Origin: Saccostrea echinata | Lineage: Eukaryota | Length of the DNA: 64,000 nucleotides | Direction of reading: 5' to 3' | Assembly (NCBI RefSeq): GCF_033153115.1 | Contig: NW_026889752.1 | Location: forward strand, 1,674,001-1,738,000 | Part shown: piece by piece, positions 24,209-38,221 of the stretch | Layout of the letters: every line of letters begins with the position of its first letter | Position numbering within the stretch: position 1 is the first letter of the stretch | Position numbers and translations under genes: made by a program | The notes under the pieces: model-generated | Told to the model about the DNA's origin: nothing | Database searches by the model: none | The model's input: the letters and a program-made list of their open reading frames with translations, nothing else

Positions 24209-27200
24209 GAAAGTACATGTAGACCTTCATCAAATATAAACCCATTTCGTTTACAAAAATTTCACTTGTTCCATTTATTTATCTTGATATTTTTTAAAAT
24301 GTTCTTCACTTCTTTATCAACAAAATATCCAACAAGATAGAAACACATTCTTCATATTACGTTTCTAACTTTCCAAATAAATTCGACTTACCATTATAAC
24401 ACCAACAAATTCTTCTTTGATTCTTCCAAATGCCTTCATCTTTTTAAACATGTTAAATGAGTCCTTTTCATCTGCATGCATTATGATCCAATGTATACAG
24501 TAACTCATCATTCAGGTAGTTGTCATTGAGTGTTTTCAGTATATTCCATTCAAAAAGCTTAGATATAAACTTTATCTTCCATGTCTACTATAAACAATGC
24601 AATGCGCAGCCTTACTTCCTGTTACATGCGTAATTCCAACTCTCATTCGATTCAAATTATGATGTTGTAACACGTGCGGACTCTGATGGTCAACAGAGAT
24701 TGCTATTAGTTTCATCCCCCTTTCTCCAGTATAAAACTTTTGTTGGAACATGTAAATAACTAACTCTTACAATCACTCAATATCTCTCTCATTCTCACTC
24801 TCTCTCAAACAAAAAATTCTTTTTCTATAACTTTTGTACATTTATATTATGTTCTATAAGGTGTATATGTAAGAATAAAAAAATGTTACAAATGATATTT
24901 TTTATTTGAAAAATATTAGTATATCTTTTTACTTATCTATTAATTGGATATTTAAGATAACTTTGGGAGAAAAAAAATCTTCAACAAACTTTCCGGTCAA
25001 CTGTTTAAGTAACTTAGTGTGAAAGATAAACATGAAGAAAACAAGCGACATAGCAGCTGTAAGACATTTTCATACCACTCTTATAATATAAACAGGAAAT
25101 CAGATTGGATCAAAGTTGCTAAAAGTTAGATGCGAGTCTTGTTTATTTCACGGTGCATTTTTCGCATAACACAATATTTGAGGTCTTAATACAGAAATTT
25201 AAACAATAAAGTCGATTTATACATTTACCGCTTAGATTGATTGTTTATTTTTTAACGCCGAGTGGGCAATACTGTTTATTTTTAACGCAGAGTGGGCAAT
25301 ATTTCAGCCATGTTTCGGCGGATTTACTGCTTAGATAAAACCTTTTTTTTTTTTGCTTAGATTAAACCTTTTTGCGTCTCACACGGGGAGGGGGTAGAAG
25401 CAAATAAACTTGAACAAAATAGCTAAAAGAGCCATAGCTGCCTTACCGACGACACGGCCGACTCAAGCATTTAAAAGGAAATCACCTGTTTCTATTTATA
25501 GATAAATGTACTTTTTCAATTCAAGACATACATGTATGTAATCATTTATAAAACATAATAAAGAAAAGCATAGAAAAGATGCACAAAGAAAAAAATCAAA
25601 ACACATAAATAGAAAAAAATGTGGGGCTCGAACTTGCAATCACCATTTTTACATTCCAGCAATCATATCACTGCGCCACGAAGTCATTGATGTCGTATGG
25701 ATAAATTCAGGACCTCTTGATCCCCCTCTCCCTCCGATTTAGGGGGAAAAAAACTTATCCACCTTATACTATATCATACATTGCGTTAAGTGTGGTATTT
25801 GAATATTGAATTTTAACTTTTTTCCAATCCATCTTCAAAAATATATAATACGCTTTCGCATTCAAAAAGGTTTTCCCTGCTTCAACACCCCTAACGTTAT
25901 ATTAACTAATCCCTAAACAAAATCAGTCTATTTTCTGAACAATAAAAAAAAGACATGTATCAGAATTTATTTAAAAGTATTTTAAGAGGTAATATCATGA
26001 GCATTTCTTTTCTAGAATACGATACCTCATGCTCCATCCACTGATTTTTGGTGTGAGTGTAGTAAATGAACTTGTACCTTAACTTTCAAGTATTCATTAT
26101 CACAAAAAATAGTCATATGTATTGCGAGGAGCAAGAAGTTGGAACTGCTATAAACTGATGTGGATCTAGTATTTCCTTATTCTCGCTAATTAATGTAAAG
26201 TAAACTGGGTTGACTTGGATAAATAGCTAATTAAGCTAGGCTGCTTGTAAGAATAATAAGAATGAAATGTATTTCTAATGTCTTTTAAATCACATCTTAA
26301 ATGGTTTTAAATGAGATATTCAATTCTAAGTCTAATGATATCATAAACACACAATCCGTAGTTTTATTGATCAGGATTTGTTAACATAAGCTTTATAATG
26401 ATTATTACAAAGCAGGGGGCTTACGCAAGCACGCCAGGTCATTGCATTAACTCCTTGAGTCTTTGCATTGAAGAGCTAATAATGATCACATTTAGGATGT
26501 TCTGGAATGACGTACAAAAAATCATTTAATTTGTCATATTGGTGATCTACCTATATGTTTTTATAATCGTACAGCAAAAGAAAACACACTTACTGTGATA
26601 AATTTCCATTCATCAAGCAAAATAAAGTATACTTATAGAATCCGCCAAAGCTTTAGTACATGCATCAGAGATCGACTTATCTTGATTACGAAGAGGATAC
26701 ATGCTTTTGTGTTTCTCACTGTGTCTATTAATTTAACAGAATAACTAAAACTCGAATAAATACCACATACATGTAAAATTTTCAAGAGAAGAATATCATT
26801 TTCAGCTGTAAAAAAAGTGGAAAGGGGGGGGGGGGGTCAGCGTCGCCAGCCGGCGTGACGACACCTGAGACTTTGAGAGAAGGTAAAGGTCGGCCATATC
26901 TATATAATTATTATACGGATCAACATTTTTTTCGAAAGCATAATTATTCTTAATTTAGGAATAAAATTAATGTGCACGGTTTTAAATAACATTTTCGGTA
27001 TTTTTGAGTACATAACTTCAAAAATTCATGGGCTTTAGATCAGAACAAAGTTCTCAAACAATCTATTTACATATTACTCAAATCATTAGTCTCTGAACAC
27101 TCTATTATGAAATTCATTTCATATCTGTTTACTTTCGCATATTTCAAATTATTCATTTCTTGAGTGCAATTCCATCTACCTGTTTTAACAGAATGATACT

Positions 27201-30200
27201 GTTTCAAATAATCTAGATTAAATGCTTGCATTAATACCAGACATGTGCTAGTTTTACAATTAAATTTGTCCGCTGGCGCTTGCAGAGTATACACCCCCTC
27301 CCCGTCCTTCACAAAGTTAACACGACACATTTTTTTTTCTTTTCAGTTTTGATTTCCGTCTTTTATTGAGTTTGGTCTTTCAATCATGTTATGTCATATT
27401 TGTTGCGAGAATGTACTAGTACCATCATAATGTGAGGTGTTATATATGCAAGTCCGTTTTAATGTGTTTTTTGGTGCATTTTTCTATTTTATACCGGATA
27501 TTTGGAGTCTACATATACATGAATATTTATCATCGTAAATGGCCGTCTATGTTTAATGACACATGTACAAGAGAGACGTTTACTAGGGAATTTGCGCCGG
27601 GGTGAAAACTTTTTTTTTATTTTGAAAATTCAACTGTCGGACATCTTAATACCTCTGCTTTAATGTTAATATAATCGGATAGGAACGTTTGGCACATATT
27701 AACTGTTGTCATGGATTTTATTATAAATTTTATTAGGCTAGTGAGTGACCTGTAAAAGAGATATATTTTGGGAGAGGGGCTCCGTTTATGAAACATGGAT
27801 TTAGAATACATAGTTGTTCGTATACTTATTTTAACTATATTTTTACTCACTTAATCGCTAGATTCATGCTGAATTCTGATTGCCCTGTACTGTAATGACT
27901 GTATCATTTTTTTTTTTTTTTTTTGAATTTTCACTTTTTATGCCGTACTTTTCTTTTTCAGCAATACGGTGTAAATCTTTTTTTTTTAATTCAGTGTATA
28001 TACAACTAGTAAAAAAAAAAATAAATGACTAATATTTTGAGCAGTATTTGGTATTTTTTGTAGAGCTGTATCATAGGCCTTAATCATGTTAATTACGATA
28101 AAACTGTCATCAACATTCAAAATATGAATTTTATTGAAAGGTGAAGAAGATAGAGTGTTGTAAATTGTTTAATTAATTTTATTTACATCTACTTACTTTC
28201 TGAATAGAAATATTCATATATGGTCAATATTTGTCATTTTAAAAGCAAATGTGAAGGAAATGGGTAAAAAACAAAAGAAAATGAGGGGGTTGAATGAAAT
28301 TAATTTAAAACATGGTAGAAACTGATATCATTCAGGGGAAAACACCTTGTGATATAAAACTGGCAAACCAGGTAACAAGGATAATTTTGATTTATTTAAA
28401 ATATTTTTTTTCGACGGAATTTTTTTTCTAAAAGAAACATGGGAGTAGTCGCTCCCGACAGAAAGCACAGGACTATTAATACTTCTACGCAAGTTAAAGT
28501 GAAATTTTCAAGGCAGGGAGCCATAAATTTATCTTTTTTGGATAATCAGGACGTGTTGACCTGACCAGCTTCATTCCTGCTGTTTTGCTCGGCATGAAAT
28601 ACATTACCATGGAAAATAATTCACTCGAGATAGAATGGATCAATGTTATGCAATTTGGAAAGGTTGATGCGATTGTAAGTGTTCACATTAATCCTGTCTT
28701 AGCGATACTGCAAATTCTTTATTATGCGAAGAATGAAACTTGAATCCAGCGTAATCAAATTAAATCTAGAGAGTCTAGAAAACGTTTAACTCCATTGTCA
28801 TCAACATCGAATAAAACACAGATATTAATTTATTCTAAATACAGAGTAACTTGTAATTTCTTTTCTCGTGGCCGTAGAAACCGGGCGTGAGAGCGGGAGG
28901 GGGATCACCGTGCCCCCCCCCCCTAAAATCATGATATAAGATACTTAGTCTAGTATACTACTGAAAACAGCTTATTTATATTGATATGTCTTCTAAATCA
29001 TGTGAATTATAACTTTTTTTTTTGTTTTTGGTTGACATGCAATAATTTTTTTTAATAAACTTGTAACTAGTACGTAGATTAACATCTTTCTGTTTGAATG
29101 TTAGCACAAAAAAATCAACAACCATATATTTCACATGAATATTATAGATTTGATCATGAATAAATCAAAGGTCTGAAAGATATGACTACTACTATGTGAA
29201 GCCTTTCAAAAGTCTAAAGCTTAAGTTAAAGAAAAGTAGTTTGCATTCAAAAAAGACATCTTTTAGAGTTATACCGCCAAGTGCTGACCCGACCAGTTTC
29301 ATTCCTGCTGTTTTGCCGCGGATCTGAATGATGAATGATGCATTCAAAAATGGCCAAATGTTATGTAACTTTAAATATATAATGTGATAATATTGACATC
29401 AGGTCTTATGCTCTGTTTCCTTTAGGTCATTAATCCTTATGATCTTCATGCTACTGATTATCGCAATAATTCTATTGAACTAACTGACCAACAAGACCTA
29501 TTAAGTCTATAATGTCTGACGCCAAGACATTAGATAACAAGTAAATCTCATTAAAAAAAACTTCCAAGGTAAAGATCCATTCATTCATTTATGGAATTGT
29601 TTAGACTTTGGTTTTTTGTAATCTTGTTATTCAATCCGTTCTTTGCTCAAATTACATCAAATTGTATTTATTGTTTCAATTTTGTTGCAAAAGTATATGA
29701 ATATTTCCATACATAAAAAAAAGAAAATTAGGAAAACAGGTGCGGATCTAGGAATTTTTTTCCAAGGAGGTACCCGCTCCCACCCCCCCCCCACCCCCCA
29801 CCCACCCCCCCCAAAAAAAAAAAAACACACCACAATTCCTTGACAAGTCAAAAAACGTGAACTCCTTTCCATACGTGAAAAACATATTTCATGGGGGGGG
29901 GGATCAAATCTTATGTTTCATATGTATAAGTTTTCTAAACAACTTAACAGGGATCTGCGTTTCTAAGGGAGTGGGGTGTCCAAGGCCACTTTTAGTTGCT
30001 TTATAATATACATTTAGTAACTCTGCAGATTCCAGGGGAGACCCCCCTTTAGATTAGCCCATTAAAATGAATTCACATCAATGAAGCTGCATTAAACTGA
30101 AATTATTCTGTTCCCTGAAAATAAAATATAGATTGAGTAAATATTGAGAATTAGAGAGCTGAAATAGTCACTTAGGTAATGTGGGAATAAGTTCAACACA

Positions 30201-33200
30201 ACTCAATACAGGAAATTTGTGTATGCAATGGCCACATGCTGTGACTGGTGATAGTCTCGACTTGGCTAGGCGTACGAAATGTACACAGGACGGATCTTAC
30301 AAATGTTCAGCTCTGTCTTCACTTTCTACTAATTATTAAATCCAAGAGCAACAAAAAACGTTTTATGTGCCCACTGGACCATGCAGAAGGAGAATGGAAA
30401 TAATTCTAATTTAAAGGTAAAGATGCTAGACTCAATTTATTTGTTAAAGAGAAACTTCTAGAAGTAAAACTTTACTGTACTTCTGTTTAATGCGCTATTT
30501 TCAGGGAGTGAAAATATTCTATTTAAATCAAAGATGGGAATGCAGAAGAAAACGCAAGAACTTAGGATGGTGAATTTCAAGGAGCACGTACATCCTTTAG
30601 TGAACATGTAATTATATTCTTGGATTTACATTTCAAGTGGTGCAACATATAAGTGGTTTGGCTAGAATTTATCTGCGTTTTCTGTGTTGAATCATCACCA
30701 TCTTATTTGAGGATTTCTATAACATTGCTTATTCTTCGAAGATGAAACAACTTCTCCGTTATATTTTACTATTTACTAAACATGCTAAAGCACTCTAAAA
30801 ACTGTAGTCTTTTAGAGTATCAAAAGCTGCTTCTGACAGAGAAGATAGTGGAAACGTATTTTGAAAAGTTCAAATTTGACCAAATCTACATGTACAACTG
30901 AAGCGGAACGTCAGCAGTAGGGAGATAAATGAGACATTGACGAACAAAAACAGCATTCATCTTCACCAAAGATCCAATCAGAAGTTTTACCTGTTGGAAG
31001 GTATCTCTCCTCTTTCTAGGACAGAGTAAAGAGTTATTGCTGTATTTTTTTAACTTAAAGTATTAGTTTTTTTTTTCTTTTTAAATGTCGTGGTACTCGT
31101 CATTGTTAATTAAGACCTCAGAGGAAAAGTGTGCACAGGAGAAAGCATAGATAAAATTATTTCATTAAATTAATTTGTCTTATTTTTAGTGACATTTTAT
31201 AGCGACTTTTAATTTGAATGCCAAACTGTCCTAGAAAAAAATGTTTTGAACACCGTATCAGTCTATTTCTTCATAATCTTCATTTTTCAATATTTGCTTG
31301 TCGTAAAGACAGAAATGATACAAAAATTGGTATATATTTATGACGTCGACATATTTTTGCTGTTAATGATTTGAAAAAAAATGCTATAATTAAGAAATTG
31401 TAAAATTTCTACGATGTCCAAAATTCCATTTTCTGCAACCATCCTTATTTTTCTATACAAATTTCTGTCATTTTAAATTAAATTATTTTGAAACTTTGAA
31501 AAAAAAAAATAAAATTCAATGCGGTTAATATTTAATCTTAATCATATCATGAATTAAATTTTTGATAAAAGTTTGTATCATCCGTCCTTAAGCTTGACAT
31601 ATTTGGGTACATGTAGGTTGCCAAGGGCTATCAGACACAGTCTGTCTAAATCCACCCAATTATAGACAATTCAGTTAAATGGAATAAGATGAGCGATACT
31701 TTGAGAAAAAATGACTTGATATACTGTTGAATTTTAAAAATGGCTTTAAATTTGATTGTTTTTTTTTTAATGGAATTTGTTGGCGTTATAATGGTAAGTC
31801 GCATTTATTTTGAAACTCAGAAATGTAATACGAAGAATGTGTCTACCTTGTTGGATATTTTGTCGATAAAGAAGTAAAGAACATTTAAAAAATATCAGGA
31901 TAAATAAAATGGGACAAGTGAAATTTTTGTAAACAAAATGGGTTTATAATTTGATGAAGGTCTACATACATGTATACTTTCCTTTTTTATTTGTGTGTTC
32001 AATCTACTAGTGTTGGTAAACACAATTGTCATGTTAATACGCGCGTCCTTTACTAGCCCATTTGATTTTTAAAAATTATATTCGAATACTTTTGAATCAT
32101 AAAAAAACTTTCTGTATAATTTTTTGAATTAACACATCGATACATGTGACAAACACACTCATAAAATTATTAAAACAAACAACATTGTCCAGAGAAATGT
32201 CTGTATATTTTATATCAAGCACAAAGATTTCCGGGTTCTAATGTGAAAAAAAAAGTTTTCAAAGAAAACAAAGAATTCAGGATATACTAGTATTTATTTG
32301 TTTAATTGGGGCTATAGGGAATGGGATTGGAATTTTTTTCATTTCCATGCATTGTGAAAAAAAAACAAAGTACGTTCACTTTAGATTATGAGTACTGAGA
32401 GTCAAAGCCTACTGTTGTTAAATCTATAATTGCTAGAATTAAAGATAAAATTCTAGCTAGTGATTCTCATCCAACTATAAAATTTGGCTTCTATTTTATT
32501 GAAATAATTGATGATTTATTGTAAATCAATTTGTTCCTCGAAAGTGAAAATCAAATAACCCAAATTTCAGAACATTAAAATCCAGAACTCAATTTTTGAA
32601 AGCAGAGAACAAACCCGGTGCAGTCAGGCCTATAAGAATTTTTCGTAGTCATGTTAATGTTCTCATATTAAAAAGAACAAAATAAATCAAATAACAAAAT
32701 TGTGAAAACTGTGTTCTCAAGCAAAGTCATTTTGTCAAGATAATTTTGTAGCCCTCTCTCCCACAACAAACACACATGTACAATTTGAATGCGTTAATTT
32801 ATGTATACGTAATGTATAATAAGTAAAATTTATTGAGAAGCATCCTCAGGTGGTGTAGATACAAATGTGTTCAAATCATCTGCCTGGTGTAGGGCAATGC
32901 ACTGGAGATCAAATTTCGGGACAACTTTTGTATTTAAACTTTTCAATACTTAATTGATTTCAGCGATGTGGCCTATGGGACTCTTTTTTAAATTTTGTTT
33001 ACTGGAAATGAATTTAATTACTTGTTCAAAATTTGAAATTCTATAGAATATTAAAAAAAAAAAAAAAAAACAGAAAATAAGAATCATTTGAATTTTGTGC
33101 ACCATTCATAGACTTTGTTCATGTACTTCTATCATAGGGCATAAGATGGAGGTAAACAACCCAGCAGGACAGCAGCCACCAAAATGTCTAAGGAGTAAAA

Positions 33201-33933
33201 ACAGAAAACACATAGATGTCTAAAAGATACATTTATAAAGAGACAGGAGAACAGTATTAAACAGGAAATCATCGGTATAATAATATTCTGATGACGGGTT
33301 TAACGTAAAATGGTTAACAATAGTGGTCCTTTTATTCAAGAAACATCAGGGGAAGTACTCAACAGTTCATAGTGGAAGGATTGCTAAAAACGTGTAAATG
33401 AAAATTCATATCAGATGTCAAATGATACAGATCAAGGCCCAACCACTAGGATTTTATCACAATGTTACCTACGAACTGGAACAAGGAAACCCACCTCGCA
33501 ATCAGAATTTGGAACAGTCAGTAATTTGGACCTTGACTCTCGCAAAGCATGTCAAAGTTGTGAAAAGGGATACAAATATATTTCCATCAATCTTAGGGAT
33601 AACAAAGACAAAAATGCATAATTTCTACTCTTGCATATTGTGATTGTGTTGAGTTTGCATGTATAATTTTATTTCTATTTGGAATGACTTCATAATCTAT
33701 AGGAGACTAATACATGGTCTCTTTTTTTATTCGTAAAGTGTGTGCGGTGTTCATTATTTAAATTGGTGATGATCCTCACAGCTCATTGCCCCTTTTACAT
33801 GTGCAGTATTAATTTCTTACGTTTTCAATATATTTGTATGAGAATACTAAGTTATTGTATTTTGATTGCTTCACCCACAGATTTCATCAGAGGAGTGTAT
33901 GAATTGAAATGTTTAGCTCAAGATAATTTTTGA

Positions 33934-34025
33934 GGCTCCTATAACGAAATGGTAAGAGCGTTTGCTCGAATATCATGCAGCTAAGTGTTAATCCGTACGT
34001 CGTGGGTTCGCACCCCACTACAGGA
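33934..34025 (+). mobile_element. tRNA-derived SINE-like head (mirror copy at about 20045-20135, minus strand)
   Basis: A-box-like aatggtaagagcg and B-box/T-arm-like gtgggttcgcaccccac; no clean cloverleaf. Confidence 0.4.
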
Positions 34026-34352
34026 CGTGCAGTAGGTGCAGGCACGGAAAATTTTCAAATAGCAAGGGAAGTTTAAGAAACAAAGTATTTTTTCGTTTAT
34101 AAAAAATGAGTTAAAGAAGTGTTTCATTCAGCTATTTATTAGCGTGCAGATAAAACGGTATGTGGAGGCATATGGAGGATTATTTCTATGTATTGTTTAT
34201 GTAATATTGTGCCTTAATTGGAGAATGCACATTTGTTTTTGAACTTTGACATTGTATTTCATATTTATTTTGATCACGTGTTGATAGGTCCACTTATTGT
34301 TGAATTTCGAATGTATCAACTTAAAGTAAAGATGTAGATTTTCGACTTTTCT

Positions 34353-35392
34353 GGTGAATCCACCAGTTTTTTGTCCTAATGCATAGAAAGGAACTTAGTC
34401 ATTTGTAAAGGAAAACTACGAATGCTTTTTGATTTTAATGCTTTTGGTGGATCCACCAACCACCCCACCCCCCACTTTTAATAAATACAAAGGCAATTTT
34501 GACAGTATATCATTCAGGTATCCTTGTGTATTCCTGTTTGTATTTTGGTGGATCCACCAAGTATTTGTAAGTGAAATTGAGAATGCTTTCTTATTCGATT
34601 TTTTTTTTTTTACAGTTTGGTGAGTCCACCAAACTCCTCTCTGTATTTAAGGACAATTTAGTCGAACTTTGGGTTACTTGTAGATTTTTGACTTTTCTGG
34701 TGGATCCACCAGCTTTTGCCCTTGTGTATATAAACATATTAAGGAAGTGTCACTAAGTCATTGTAAAGGAAACTTATGAATGCCTTTTGAATTTAATGCT
34801 TTTGGTGGATCCACCAAACTACCCACTACTGATAAATACAGGCGTAATGTTTACAGTATATCATTCAAGTATTCTTGTGTATTCCTGTTTGTATTTTTGA
34901 TGGATCCACCAAGTATTTATAAGAGAAAGTATGAATGTCTTGTTAGTTGAATTTTTGCATTTCAATGAGTCCACCGACTCTGTATTAAGGACAGTTTTAG
35001 TTGTTGTTGTTTTTTGTTTTTGTTTTTTTTTTTTTTGTTTTTTGTTTTGTTTTTTTTTTGGTGGCTTCACCACTCATTCTCTTTCAATGGATTGTTTCAG
35101 TGTCTTAAAACTGGTGGATTCACCAAAGTCGTTTTTAAAAGTATCATCATTATTAAAAGTAATATTGAGAATTTCACCAGATCGCTTTTATAAATTTAAG
35201 CCAAATTGTCTATTTGTAATTTTGGTGGAATCACCAAGTTCTCATGAAGATTTTTTAGGTGTTTTGTTGTTAAGTTCATCAATTCTTTGAATGGAATGTA
35301 GAATGGTCAAATTAACTCTTGTTTTCTTGGTGGAACCACCAAGATCAATCTTTATTTGAAGATATTTGATAATTCAAATTGGTGTATTCACC
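34353..35392. repeat. Mirror copy of the GGTGGATCCACC palindrome array
   Basis: Same motif series, in reverse order, as 18709-19702. Confidence 0.85.
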
Positions 35393-36040
35393 AATCCTTT
35401 GACTGTTTATATTAAATACCGATACATCATTGATCTGTTTTAACATAAAAATTGGTGTTCTCACCAATTCTTAGTCTATTCAATCAGGAAAATGAATTAA
35501 AAAAATCGTCGATTTCTGAAATTGCACTGTCTTCATTTTTCATTTTAGATATAAAAAAAGAGGACAGGAATAGAAAATCCTCTTTCTTAATGGAAACAGT
35601 TCACTGCTCTTGATAGGAGAGTCATCATTGAAATCACAACAGGCATATGTTTTAACACATGAGAACGGAATATACAATGATTGCATATTTATCAAGTAAT
35701 AATAGGAAATGAACAAAATTGGAATGATGATATTTAAAACTTACTAAAGTACCAATTGAAAGTTTATTTAGTCTAGGCATTAAAATCGATAATAATGCAA
35801 GCAAAAGCATGTAGAATACAATAATCTATAATTATTGCGAGCCATAGTCAAGTTCATGGTTTTGTAAGGAACGCTTTAAAAAAATCGCTTTATGTTTGAT
35901 CTATTTTACTCCATTATATCTGTTAAAGCCTATTTAATAATTTAACGTATAAGAAAAAATGTGCCCGAAGAAAGGTTTCAGATTTAAAAGATTCGTATGC
36001 TGATTGCATGTATTTAAGATACATGAAAGACACAAATGGA

Positions 36041-36517
36041 ACAAGCATTCTGAGAGTATTGCATTAACAATACTAATCCTCTACCGGCAAGTGTAATCTG
36101 GTTCCCGTTAAAAATTGAAAATGCTTTAAATCTGTCAAAAATCAATGAAACGAAACGAAAAGCAAACTTGATCTATAACTCATCAAGGTGAAGTCACATG
36201 CCAAAAATCAGCTGTATATCTGAAAGCGTTTAGAAAAAAAAATTGCGGAAAACTCTGAAAAATTTAAAAGGCCATAATTCCGTCAAAAAACAATGAAGTG
36301 GAACGAAATGCAAACTTATTCTGATACTCATCAAGATACACGCACATACCAAAATTCAGCTCAATATCTGCAAGGGTTTAGAAAAAGTGTGGAAAACCAA
36401 GTGGGACAGACTGACAGACAGACAGAGGGACAGCTAGACGAACAGACAGACAGACAGACGGACGGACAGACTCAGAGGAAACCTATAGTCCCCTTCGGTT
36501 TCACCGGTAGGGGACTA
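36041..36517 (+). mobile_element. Helentron-type non-autonomous element, copy 2 of the 17235 family
   Basis: Same termini (acaagcattc...; ...ccggtaggggacta), internal repeats and (GACA)n as 17235-17684. Confidence 0.85.
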
Positions 36518-37238
36518 ATAATATGCAACTGGTATACATTACATATGGTATAATTATGTGGCCAGTAGTGAGTCTGTATTTATACAGCTATGTAACAATG
36601 CTGAACTTCATTTTTGTATACTTTAATTCCAATAAACAGAAGAAAACAATTTTTAACAGTATGCTTAAACATTTTCGACGTCATCGACATTCTTAAATCC
36701 CGAATGGGAAGCAAGAATATATTAATTCTATAATCTCTTGCATATTTCATCATTTCTGCATCGTTTTCAGCCAAGCATGAGAAGAAATGTGTGAATGGAT
36801 GTAAAAAGTCGTCAAGATATTTCAAGAAATTTAAATCGATATGCATATTAAAAAATTATAGTAAAAAAGTAAAAGTCGGGATGTGGTCTGTTCCAACAAG
36901 GAGAGGGAATAAAGTGAAGCGAAATGTCTTCGTAAGTAAAATATTGTCAATTTCCGATATCCTTAATGTGCACAATGCACTTATTCTTTAGTTTATTGTA
37001 TTGGGAAATGTTGTCAGTACCCCTGGATCACCTCAAAAGCATGGCGTGAACATGTATATTTTAAACAGGTCTGGATGATTTCCAAATATGGAAGTCAAGA
37101 TCGATAACTGAAAGTTGCTATAAATATACTTCAAGCATACTTCAAAAAGTCGAACTAAAAACAGTTATTTGTTCATCACATACATGTATTTCAAAGATAT
37201 TTCAATTTGATAATTATAATTTAATAATAATAATAAAA

Positions 37239-38095
37239 ACTAGAGCAAAGCTCGTTGCAAAGCAACGAGCAGGTCTTCCAACAGGCGATGGACGTCGAAA
37301 GTAATATATAACGAGTTTTTTTTTTTTTTTTGTTTTTTTTTTGTTTTTTGTTTTTTTTTTTGTTTTTTTGTTTTTTTTATCCTTATTAAAATAAAATTTA
37401 GGCAATTTTCTTTAAAATGGGCCAAAAATTCATTTTTTTTTTAAATTCAGCTTTCAATTCGGACTTTGTACATCACTACCGGTTGACGTCGAAAGACACA
37501 AGGCCATAAAAGAATTTAAAAAACTCAAAAAAAGTAAAAGCCATTTTATACTATTTCTAACGATTTTAAAGAAAAGGCTTCTTTTTCCTTCTTCTTCCGG
37601 TTTAAACCGGAGTACTCTCAATGGATTGCTTTTGTTGTCGATTATATAATTGAACATAAGTTCTATATTCCTTTATTCAAAACCGTTCATTTTTTTTTTA
37701 AAATCGGTAAAAAAAAATCACTTCCCCTGTCGACCGGAAGCAACGGATGCGAAAACAAAAGGCGAAATGCACAAAGCAAAGAGATATTCTCTCAACTCTG
37801 AAAAAAAATCATGATTCTATTTTGAATAGTTTTAACGAAAATGCGTGGACAAAATGAAAAAAAAAAATGAAAATCGGACAATAATTTAACCTGAATTGAT
37901 TTAAAAAAAAAATGGGGAAAAAAATGTCTGGAGATATTATAATGATGCATCATTCCTGCAAAAAAATCTTTGAATTTCGGTCGATTAGGTTCCTAAAAAT
38001 CGCGTGTACTATGAAAAGAGAATAATAGTACATGTAATAATATGAAACATAAGCTAAACAGTATGGTCTTTCGAAGCAAGTCAGAAGACCTTTTT
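37239..38095 (+). mobile_element. Helentron/Helitron-type non-autonomous element in an (AAT)n context
   Basis: 5' actagagcaaagctcgttgcaaagcaacgagc hairpin plus aggtcttcc; 3' degenerate hairpin ggtcttt...gaagacc; (AAT)n on both sides. Confidence 0.6.
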
Positions 38096-38121
38096 AATAA
38101 TATTAATAATAATAATAATAA

Positions 38122-38221
38122 TGCTCTTCCATGGAATGTCGCTATCCTGAATATGAAAAATACTGCCAGGAGCGATGTAATTGTTCAGAGGAGTTGTGTG
38201 ACATATCAACAGGTAGTACTG
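38122..38221 (+). pseudogene. Truncated EGF-like exon of a third EGF-TM paralogue
   Basis: CSSMECRYPEYEKYCQERCNCSEELCDISTG, then gt donors. It aligns with the exons at 13824 and 46427. The 5' half and acceptor are missing at the element junction, and the final Cys is lost. Confidence 0.72.

Larger units (their letters stand above)
18500..24412 (-). repeat. Left arm of a large inverted duplication (includes a 1.8 kb insertion)
   Basis: Collinear reverse complement of 31773-35601. For example, ORF 20377-20649(-) is homologous to ORF 33415-33621(+). Outer ends pair 18500/35601 and inner ends pair 24412/31773. Confidence 0.92.
31773..35601 (+). repeat. Right arm of the large inverted duplication
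   Basis: Reverse complement of 18500-24412. It lacks the 22408-24203 insertion and also the segment at about 21265-21510. Confidence 0.92.

Noticed and set aside
30230-31010. Exon-like blocks with GT/AG sites in the spacer
   Set aside because: Stops occur in the candidate frames and I recognise no domain, so no gene can be supported.
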